Virus record (IMG/VR): IMGVR_UViG_3300028384_001275 | Coordinates: 40,524-104,523 of that record | Reading direction: 5' to 3' (one strand) | DNA from: a virus | DNA: 64,000 bases | Part shown: piece by piece, positions 28,201-40,200 of the stretch | Numbering within the stretch: the first letter of the stretch is position 1 | How the letters are laid out: every line of letters begins with the position of its first letter | The notes under the pieces: model-generated | Database searches by the model: none | What the model was told of the DNA's origin: nothing | The model's input: only the letters and a program-made list of their open reading frames with translations | Program-made: the position numbers and the translations under genes

Positions 28201-31200
28201 CCAACTCACCCGATCCCAATGATATGTGGATCATTCAGTGTGATATTGAAGGTAATCTGGTTGAGAAGAGAAAAATCGCGTCTGAAGACGGATCTGAAGA
28301 GCTTATGCAGCTCGAATGGATTGCAGATGACAGATTCTTCTTCGTTGGCGTTAATCAAGAAAATGATGACTGCATTTTTGGCGTATTCTTCTTCGATGGT
28401 GCAAATCTGGAGATCGATTACATCAGACAGATTCCTACTGTTGGTGGTTATGTAAGAAATCCTCGTTTTGTTATTGATGGGTATGATGATGTTGTTCTGG
28501 TGTGGGATATTTACAATAATGCTGCATCCAAGCAAGATAAGATTCAGGTCAATAAGTTTGCTGTTTCTACAGCACAAACCGCATGGGAATGGAGTAAGTC
28601 TTTAACAATTACAGGTGATTTTATTTCTATTAGTCATGCTGGAGTCAGCGTAGACGTATTTGGTAATTATACGATTGTTTCTGACATCGTAGAGTCCGAA
28701 AACTCTCGCTATAGCATGATTACTTACATGAAGTATGATGGCACCATTATTAAAGAATCTAAGATTGTAGATACTGACAATATTGGTTTTGAAGTAAAAG
28801 CACATAGTGTTGATAACTCTGGCGACCCAATTTTGGCTGTTGATCGTCGTAAAGCAGATCAACTTGCTGCATATAGATTCGATACTACCGATACAATCAA
28901 TGATGATGTCACAAAACGTGATTTGGGCACGTTTGTTTATTTTGATGCTGACGAAACATCCCTCGACACGGCAATTTACAAATTTGGCACCTCTTCTCTT
29001 AAATTGAATGATGTAGCACCAGTTAGTATCACTGGATTTGCACAGACAACTCAAGAGTGGAGTTTGCGTGGTTGGTTTGCAATGAATACCACAGCTCATG
29101 GCACAGATCATAAGCCTGTGCTATTTGCAGTAGACCCTGTAAGTGGTAGTAATGCTTATATGGTCCTAGATGGTGATTCTTCATCTGCAGACTATGGTAA
29201 GGCATTGATTTTCATCAATAATGCCCAAGTTGCTTCTTCTACCTCTACAACTAACTGGACAACCTTTGCATCTGCTGCATGGGTCCATGTGACCTTCCAG
29301 AAGCGTCTGGAATCCCTGGGTCTGTATCAGTATGAAGTTTATATCAACGGTAACCTAATTACTAATTTCCAGTCCACAACTGACATTGGTCTTGATGATG
29401 TAGTCTTGGGTGGTCCTATTTCCAGTCCCACCACTGCTAATTCTTTCCGTGGTCATATTGACGATATTGTGGTAGATGACGATGCACCATATACTTCAAC
29501 TTATACCATTCCTACCGCATATATTCCTGTTACAGATTCGGTTTCAGATATTGCTCTAATTAAATTTGATCGGAATCATACAAAGCGTAATGATTCCTAT
29601 ACAATGACTGGTCTTGATAACTGGTCCACTTTTGCAATGCAAGCAAGTGAGGCAGCAACTGTTTGGACCTCTCTTAATCAGTCTGCAATTAGTGTTTGGG
29701 AAATTGGACCTGGTGGTCTGCAGATTTTGGACATGTCTCAAACTTCTGCCAACCTCCAACCTGCAACTTACACATTTAGTGATGAAAAATTTGAATATGC
29801 AACTAGAACATCGACAATTCCTTCGCCTCTGGGCAAGCAGATGTCGATTGAGGCAAATGTCATCAGTAAATTCTATCTGCGTGATGCACTATATCAGAAG
29901 ATTGACAATGTTAAGGAATTTACCTTTAACCAGAATGTAAAACTGACCAAAGGCAGTATTCTACAGCAGTTTAACTCTGCTGGAATTACCCAAGCCTATG
30001 GCACTATTGTCGAAGTGCCTGTAGGCACTCTTACCAATCCTGGATTTGGCACTAAGTATAAGATTGGTAAAATCTTTGGCAACTTCAATAATGATAATAG
30101 ATTCCGTACAACTGCCAATGATGTCAATCAAATAACAGGGGAATATTTCAAAACTGAAGAAGAGGAATCTCCTTGGCAAGCATCTACTGCATATGCTGCA
30201 GGAGATCGAGTATATAATGCTAAGAGAATTTACGAAGCACAAGGAGCTGGCACTTCTGGCACTATTGCCCCAGTCCATACTGCAGGTGCAGCATCTGATG
30301 GTGTTATTAACTGGTCTCTAGTTGCTGATGCTGGATCATTCGATATTGATTTAACACAACATCCATATCCCAGACCCCAATACTTAGGTTTGGATATGCC
30401 TGAGTGGCAACCACATATCCTGTATGCAGTTGGGCAAAAAGTTTGGTATCGTCTTAATGTTTATGAAGTAGCCCCATCTGGTGGTGGCGTTACTACCACC
30501 ACACCACCCACTCATACTACTGGTGATGTTTCTGATGGCACTGTAACATGGAGATTTGTCTCCACAAGCGAAGCTATCAGTGCTAAGGCTCGCCTTATGG
30601 CATACGATCAGGGCAACAACTACACAGTTGAGATCGTTAAAGTGCATCCTGGATCCACGTTTATCCCTGGAGATGTAGTTTCTCTGAATTCAAATAATAT
30701 TGATCTTGCCGATGATGAAAAGAGTGTAACTATTTCTGGATTTGCGTCTGTCAAGGAAATCAAGGTTACTGCACGTCTTGAAAAAGATATTCTTCGCACC
30801 ACTGAGGCAAGGACTAATCTGGTGTATTGCACCTCCAATAGTCCACATTACTTCAAAGAAGATGAAATTATCTTCAGCGAAGGATTCCAAGGAGATCAAT
30901 TCAATGGATCTTTCTTTGTTGATCAAGTTATTGGATCTAGAGAATTTACTTTTGCTATCCGTGCTACTGCAGTAAGTGATCCTGCTTTTGAGCAAAATGC
31001 TATTGCAAGAGTCAACATTTATGGCAAACACCCAACGTTGGAATTTACTAGAGATCATCAATATGTCTTCGATGTATCTGATCCTTCTAACTTTGGATAT
31101 TATCTCTCCTTCTCCCAGGATAACCAATTCAAGTTGGAGTATTCCTTCAATAATATTACTAGAGAGGGCACCCCAGGCATTAATGCTGCTGGATCTACAG

Positions 31201-34200
31201 CACCTTTTGTCAAATTCTCTGTCCTGGGTCAGGTTACGAATATCTCGTATTACTTCGATCCATCACGGACTGGTGCAGATTCACCTGTTGGATCTAATTC
31301 GTTTATTGACGTTATTACAACTCCATATCAAGGTATTTTCAGAATTTCTGAAGTACCTACTGATAAGCAATTCAAATTCCCCCTGCTCAAAGAGCCTGAG
31401 AGAAATGCTGCTGAAGTTATTGATGATGAGTTTGACAACCCATATTCTTTCTACTCCACAACTTCGACAAGAGCAGTTGGACCTATCAATAGTATCAAAC
31501 TGGTTTCTCCTGGTGGATTCTATCAGAAACTGCCTATTATCTCTGATATTGCTTCTTTCCGTCAAATTGAAAAATTGGTTATCAATGACGGTGGCACTGA
31601 ATATGCGCCTGGTGTATATTCGCAAATTGATGTTGATGGAGACGGTGAAGGTGGTAAAGCAACTATTACAGTTGAATTTGATGACGAAGTTGGATCTGGC
31701 ACTATCACTGAGGCAGTTATAACCGATCCTGGTAAAGGTTACACCACTGCTAGTATTGATATTGATGGTATTCCTGGAATCTTAGGATCAACTCTCGCTG
31801 GATCTGGTGGATCCGTCTCTGTTATTATTCCAGACGAGGGTGAGGGTGCATCCGTCTTCCTGACTGGTAAGAATATTGGTAAGATCAGAAGACTGAAGAA
31901 TAATGAATTTGGTTTCGGATATTCTCATGACTATACTCTCAAACCTGAGATTACCTTCCCCGTTAACCTGCAACTCTTTAACACTTCGATTCTTTCTGAA
32001 ATTAAGATCACTAACCCTGGTAGTGGTTATACATCCACACCTGCTGTAGTCATCGAAGGTGGTGGTGGCGAAGGTGCAGACGCAGAGGCAGTTGTCAAGA
32101 ATAATCGTCTTTCTGAAATTATTATCAAGAATCCTGGTGCTGGTTACTCTTCTGAGCCTACTGTCACACTGAAGTCTGAGTTTAACTACGTTGTCAACCT
32201 CGACCTCAACTATCTGCAGTTTAACTTCCCTCACGGTATTACAACTGGTGCAGAAGTGCAATTTAGAGCAGATGATGTTGGTAGCACCGAGGGTCAGTTG
32301 CCTAGACCTTCTAGCGCAGGTCTGACTGCATTGATTGAAGGGCAAACATACTATGCTATTGCTGGTAATGTTAATGGTCTGGAATCTGATCAGATTAGAT
32401 TTGCATTGACCGCCGCTGCAGCTGCATCTGGAGACTTTATTACATTCCTGACTCAAGGTGAAGGTCGTCAAGTCCTTCTTACTGAAGTGTTTGGTGGTGC
32501 TGCCGAGGCAGTTGTTGAAACATCCAGATTCTTGGAAGGTGAAACTGTTTTCCAAGGGACAAACATTGAGCAAGCGACAGCAACAGGCACGGTTTCTAAC
32601 AATACTGGTTGGCAGATTGGTCCTAAAATTCTTAAGATTGTTGATTACACTGGTGATTGGGAATCGGGCGAAAGAGTAACTGGCACCATTTCTAAGGCAT
32701 CTGGTGTAATTGATAACTTCAGCATTGCTCGTGGCGTGTTGAATATTGGATCTTTGACTCGCACACCTGGTCGCTTTATTGATGACGTAGGTAAACCCTC
32801 TGAGATTGTCCAGAAGATTCAAGACTCCTTCTTCTATCAAAACTTCTCTTACGTTATTAAGTCTGAAACTCCAATCACTAATTGGAAAACTCAGATTCTT
32901 GAAAATAATCACCCAGCTGGATTTAACCTCTTTGGTCAGTTAGAGCTATCTGGTGGTAAGGATGTCTCTGGTCGTAAGATTGGCACAGAATTCACCAAGC
33001 AGGTGAATATCAATAACTACAGCAATGTTAATGAGATTACTTCATTCGGTGCTGCACAACCCATCTACACAGATTACAACAACACTGAAGTCCTCTTCCG
33101 TAAGAAGCGTCTGACCTCCTCCGAGGAAATTCTGACTTCTATTGTTAAGAAGCTGGATGATATCTCAGGTAGATTCAATGGTATCGATAAACAATTCCCC
33201 ATCACCGTTGAAGGTGAGCAAGTTATTGTCAATCAAGATCAGTTGATGATCACTTTGAATGGTGTGATTCAGGCACCTGGCGATTCATACTCTGTGGTCG
33301 GTGGTAACCTGGTCTTCTCTGAGCCTCCTAAGCCTCCCTCTAAGGTCAACTACAGAAATATCTCTATTAGCACAATTCCCATCACCAGAATCAATCTATA
33401 TTCTGGTCAAGTTGGCATTCCTAACTATGGTATTTTCCCCACTCTGGGTCAGCAGATCCAAGGAGAAAACTCGGATGCAGTTGCTACTGTTATTGGATCT
33501 GGCACTAATCACATTGATGTTATCAATATCAATGGCGTATTTGAGTTGAATGAAGAGATCGTCCGTGGATCACTCTTCTCAGCATTGGTCCAGTCGATTG
33601 AAGTCCAGAATACTAATACAATCTATGAATTTGGTGAGTCTATCACCAATCTGAATGGTGACACTGCAATCATTGAAGAAAATAACCTTAGTGATGGTGT
33701 CATCTCCGACGACCTGGTTATTTCTAAGACATCGGGCACAGCTAAGTATGAGACTGGCATTTTCAATATCAGACTAAATGATTATATTATCTCTGCTAAG
33801 TCTAATATTGCTGCTCAAGTTACCAGCATTTCACCTTACAGAGATCCAAATACAAGTGATATTGTAGATGAATTGATCATCAACCAAGGATCTTCTTTCT
33901 TTGGTCTGCTGTTTGAGCGTTTGGTTTCTCTAACCAATCCTAACGTAATCCTGGATGATATTTCTAAGTCCTCGATTACACCCACTGAATTGTATGATGC
34001 TTCAGAGCGTATCAACGCCGACTTCCTCGACTTTGAGGAAATTAGAAGCACTGAGATCGTTTATACAAATCTTGCAAATGGCACTTTTGAAGAAGGCGAT
34101 ACCATTATCAACAAAGAAGTTGATTATGGTAATGCAACCTCGGTATATCATGGTGGAGCTGCAAATAGATTCAAGGATTCCTCAAGAATGATTCTTGGGA

Positions 34201-37200
34201 ATAAGCAAGAAATTATTGACTTCGGTGAAGCAGAAATCGCAGTTTGGCATCCTGGATTCTATTTCCCAGGAGATGTTATTACAAATTCCTGGTCTAGATT
34301 CTCTGATGCATATCGTCTGATTCAGCGTAACAAGCTGTATATCGCTGCTCGTGCATACGATGAGATGATTACTCAGTATCCTTCGCTGTCTGTCCCCGAC
34401 GAGGACAAGTGTCTGCGTGACCTGGAATACTACATCGATGCAATCTCCCTGGATATCCACAGAGGTGGCAATGTTTATACTCGCAAATTTGTCCTTAAGT
34501 ATTTTAATGCTGGCACATTTGATTATGTGAATAGCGAAGTTGCTGAGACTCGTTTTGGATATGAAAAAGCGAAAGATTGGATGATCAAGGCACTTACAAA
34601 CAATATCGATCAAGATTACACTGGTCTCAGTGGTCCTAATGCAGGTATTGTCTTCAAACCTTGGAATGAAATTGATAAAGGTGGTAGTAGGGGATTGGGT
34701 ATTACTGCTGACCCATCACCTAATGATGATTATGGCACAGCTGGTAGTAATGCTGATAATACCGACGTTAATGTTTGCACCGATGTGCAAGATGCGATCA
34801 CTACTCTGTATGGAGTGATTGATGAAGCACTGGAAAATGGCAATACAACAGATCTTCCTGATGAGACGGAAGGCACTTATTCTGTTGGTCAAACCAAGTG
34901 TCGTCGTGATGTGGGTCTTCTGGTCGATGCTATCGCGGGTGATGTTAGCCAAGGGGGCAATTACAACATTGTCGAATTCGCTAAGAGATATTTTGATGCA
35001 GATGGCAATCCTATTACTAACGGTCTTATTGGTGAATATGCAGAATCTCTAACTGCATTTGAAAAGGCAAGAGACTTGTGCTACAGAGCGATTAATAACC
35101 TCCTCTATTATCAGGTTAATACTACTACACCTGAAACTGGTTACATGTTGAATGATCCCACCACTTATGCTGGTCCTTACAGCGGTGGTGAGACCTCAGT
35201 AACTCAACTGGATGTGAGTGCAGCATCTTATACTGCTTCTACTGGTGAATTGATATTGACCGTTGGGTCTGGTCATGGTCTGACGACTTCCGATACTCTG
35301 TATGTCCGTCCATATTCTCTGAGATTTACTTGTGATAGTGATAATCATGCAACTTTCCATGATTATCCTCGTAGTGGTGATCCTGCATTCAACAGTGCAA
35401 GAAATATTACCGCCACAAGCGCGACCACGCTTACTATAAACATAGGGGCTTCTACGAATAGCAGCTTCACTCCTACTGCAGCAACATATAACACTCAGAC
35501 AGGTGATCTGACGCTCACAATCGGCACTCACACTTTGGGTCTGAATGATTATGTGACGATTGCAGACGATGCTCTGACTTTCACCTGCACTCAGGATGAT
35601 GATGCAACCAGTCACACATATCCTCGGTCTACTGACCCTGCGTCTGGACAGAGACTGTTTATTACAGCAAAAACTGACACCACGATTACAGTCAATGTTG
35701 GTGCTTCTCCTGTCGGTCAACAGTATGACCACACCTTCGTTTCTGCAGTTGCCAACTCGGTTACCTACGGTGGTGGATATACCCACACCTTTATCAAGGC
35801 ACTCGACAATGCAGTTTACTCAGGTGGTGGCACACGGGCACAATATTTTGATCAAAACTACTCCTCTGGTAATAACCAGCAGATTGGTAACTGTGCAAAC
35901 GTCCAGGCATATATTCACACCCTGGTCAATATCGCATCAACTGCACTTGAGGCAGGAGATCTAACTAATATCAACGCTCTATCTTCGGTCACTGACGGCA
36001 CATTTGTTGATGGTGAAACTGTCAGGACTACCAAGCTGGGATATGATGATAAGTCCACTGGTCTGTTTACGACCAATGACATCATTAAAGGAGTTAGCTC
36101 CAACGCTTCCTTTACTGCAGTTGGCGTTAATTCTGGTCTGAAATGGTTGTTTGCTGGAAATATTACAGGGACATTTACTATTGGTGAATACATCACAAAC
36201 TCCAGACTAACAAATCAAAATAGCGTCACACAATCTGTCATTACTAAGAAAACTGAATTGTCTGGAACTAAGTCCATTGCATTCCCTGCAACTGGATACT
36301 TGAATATGCCAGAAAGCAATGATTTTGCTTTTGGCACTGGTGAATTTACAATTCAAGGTTGGATTCGCGTCCCCAACGTTGTGGGACTCAAGACTTTGTT
36401 TGATCTGCGTCGAGTATCAACTACAGGATTAAGATTTGTCCTTGATGGCACAACTTTGAGAGCATATAATGGCACATCTCAACTGGTATCTGGAGGAACT
36501 TTAGCAGCAGATACTTGGTATCACATTGCTCTAATCCGATCTTCTGCTGTTACTAGAATTTATCTAGATGGCACACAAGTTGGTAGTGATGCTGCTGACA
36601 CTAATGATTATGGTTATGCGCCTCTTTACATTGGTGCTGACTTTAATGGATCTAATAGCTTCCAAGGTTGGATGGATAATGTGGTGGTCAAGAAGGGCAC
36701 TGCTGACTATAGCTCGGCATTTACTGCTCCTACTCAGATCAATTATGCCAACCAAAATAATGATATTGTCTTCGGTCTTGACGGTGAAGGTCCCTTCATC
36801 CTGTCTACAACTGAAACATATGCAACTCTGACTGGACAAAAAACTTCTTCTGCTACTGTTAAGAAGGTAGATTATACTGCAACCTCCTTGATTATTAAAG
36901 ATGTTGATCTTGGTAGAGCAGTATACAAGAATTTGGCTGATATTGTTGAGTTGAATGATGAGTGGATTGCTGAAGAAGCAGTCGGCAGAATGAAGGCGAA
37001 ATTCCCTGATTTCATCATGCCTGGCGATAACGCAGCTGAAGGTCTCTATACAGGCACCAACTACTGCTTGCGTGATACCAAGGACTTCATCATCGGATCT
37101 CTGGTTAAAGATCTCAGAGAGGGTGGCAACTATCATACCCTCTACACAGGTCGGACCTATCTGGAAGCATCTGGAAAACTGAAGCACGTTGGTAATGAGA

Positions 37201-40200
37201 TTCTTCAGACCCTCTATACTTGGAATGAAGTTTATGACATTATTGAAAACAGCATTGTCAGAAACAACGCCGATACTGGTGTGGGTGTCTACACCACGAG
37301 ACTGAGAATTCCTCAGACTCAATATCCTACGGTGACTTCTACTGTCCAAGCATTCTTGGATGAGACTCGTCTGCTGATTGACGACCTGTTGGAAGTCCTG
37401 GCACCTACTGGTGATCGCTTCCGTGATGGTGGTGTTAATATCTGGAAAAACCGCGATTACATCGCTGAGGAGACTGTTGGTTACCTGCAGAATAAGTATC
37501 AGGCAACTCTCAACGGCACTGATTATGATTTCCTTGAAATGCCTGGTGGTGGTGAGTCCTCTTGTAAGCGCGATATTCGCACACATATCATTCCTGCGAT
37601 CATTGGTGATCTTTGCACAGGCGGCACCTATCAGACTGAAAAGATCCTCGATTCCTATCTGGATTCTCAAAACAACATTCTTTATGTTGAAGAAGAGTTG
37701 AATCCAATGATTGATGCCTTCCATTTCACTAACATGTTGTGTCAGAAGGCTGTTAATAATCTTCTGCTTTCTCCTGGTGAGACTGCAGGTGAGTTGAGTG
37801 TCCCAGCGTGGGTCCAAGACGATTACTATTCTCCTCTTTATACATCTCGCGCTGCTTATAAAGATAATACGCTTGAGGTTGATCCTCAAGGATATCCTCA
37901 AAATAATCGCAATTCCAATGATCGTTATATTGATGCTGTCAACACCATTCAGCGCAATAAGGATATTATTGCTATGGAATCTGTTGCAACCATGAATGAC
38001 TTCTCCAAGTTTGAGAATCTGGCCATTCCTGGCGGTCCTGTCAACTGCGAAGATGACGTTAGAGACATTATTGATGCAGTCTCCCATGACCTTCTCTTCG
38101 ATTGTAATGAGAAGACTTATGACGCAGCTGCTCTCTATGTTGAGACTGAGAATAACTCACTGAAGCATATTGAGTCTGAGTGGGAAGCATCTGTTACCAC
38201 TTATAAGATCGCTCGCGACATGATGACGTTGACCATGCGTAATGGATTTGGTCGTGACTATGTGGATGGAAACGATCCTCTGACAGTGCCCGTCCAGTCA
38301 TACGAGCAGAATCCTAAGGAGGACATCTACAGAGATGCTGCTGATGCAATCGATGCAAACATCAGATACATTGCTGAGCAAGCAGTTGATGCTGGAGAAA
38401 CTCAGTATCCTTCACTGGTTATTCCTGGCGGATCTATTAACTGTGTCCATGACGTTACTGACATCCTCCGTGCTCTGGTATTCAACCTGAAGTATGGCGG
38501 TAACAATATGCTTCAATATGCAACTGAATTCTATGTGAATGATGCAGGTAACCTGCAGCATATCTCCTCCCAGTCTGCTGAAACTATTTGGATCATTAAC
38601 AAGGCAAGAGATTTTGTTAAGCGTGCAATGAAGGGTCAGATCATCACCAATACTTCTGGTTATGGTGTTGCTCAACGATTCTACGATAGTGTTGCTAAAC
38701 CCACCAACCAGCTACGTCCTTCCAACCAGACTGATGGTGTTGATCTGACAGCATTTAATAACTTGGTTACTAGAAGTTTTACCAACGGCACAACCGACAT
38801 TAATAATTCTGAAAACTCGGCAACGGGTCAGGCAAATAATGAAGACCTTGTTTGTCGTGTCACCACAACTCTCCCCTCAGGCACTCCTACAGATGGCGTC
38901 CTCTGGGAAGGTGGTGGAAGTGATTATGGATCTTGGATTGGTATTAGAGATAGTGGCACATACTTCCGTCTCCGTGCTGGTGATGGTGGCAACTCCTTCG
39001 CAGGTGGTGCAACTTACACAGATACTGGTCTGGCATTGCTGGATATTCCCATCTCCGATCTGTCAGATTATTTCGATGGTGGCACTCATGAGATCGTCTG
39101 GCAGATCAATGTTGGCGGTAATACTGCAACAGGTCCTGGTCTCGTCAAGGTCTGGTTTGATGGAGTCCCCGTGGGCGAAGCACAGACACCTGGCACTAGC
39201 AACACTGGACTTGGTGCTAACTCTGGTTATTGGTCTGGTGGTGGCAATGGTGGTTTCGGTGCAACTTCTGGTGTTTCTGGTGGTGTCCCATCAGGCGAGC
39301 CTACAGCAGCATGGGCATATACAACTTCTGATCTGGATTACTATCGCGCACGTCGTGTTGATGAGTCCTACACAGGCACTGAGACCGATGAGGTTAGCAG
39401 TGAGATTGATACTCTGATGGCATTTGTTACTGATGGTCTGGCATCTCCTGCTCAGGTTAATAGTCGTGGTTACGATATGCCTATCATCTGGCCAATCAAG
39501 TTTACCCCTGAAGTTACTATTAGAGATCTAGGTATCACATATGATACTGCTGGTGGTGGTCAAGATGCTGATGGCACTTGGAATCAGACTTGCTCTCAAG
39601 TTGCATCTTCTATCGATACCCTGATGGACATCGTTATTGATACAATCTCCGAGGCTGCAAATAATAATGTATATCATCTGACTAGCATCACCAAAACTAC
39701 ACCAGCAACTAATAACACCATATATCAAGCTGGCACATGTTATAACGTAACCTCTTCGATTGATACTCTCTTTGAGATCATGACAGACACCCTTGGTGGT
39801 GGCACTGAGAATGATAAGATTGTTGCTAATAGACTTCTGTTTAATTCCCATGCGGTTGCACAAAGAGCATTTGCAGATACTCAAGCACAATTCTCAGATA
39901 CGAATCTAACTATTGAATTTGCCGAAAAACTCACTAAGGCAGTCCGTTATGACCTTATTACTGGTGGTAATGCAGGAGCATTTGCACTTGCACAAGAATG
40001 GTTTGACGGTGAGGGCAATTTCATCGCATTCACTGATGTTATTCGCACACACATCATTTACTGCATGACTCGTGTTAGAGAATATATTAAGTCTGTAATG
40101 TATTTGATTGATACTGATCCTGGTTGGGATACTTATGATCTCTATAATCCTGCAGAAAGATTTGAATGGAATCAAGAAGCTGCAGAGTTTATTATTGACT

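Noticed and set aside
31788-38087. Long minus-strand ORFs (e.g. 374 aa and 507 aa) opposite the giant gene, and similar ones elsewhere
   Set aside because: Antisense shadows of biased codon usage in the + strand genes; I/S/N-rich with no motifs or RBS
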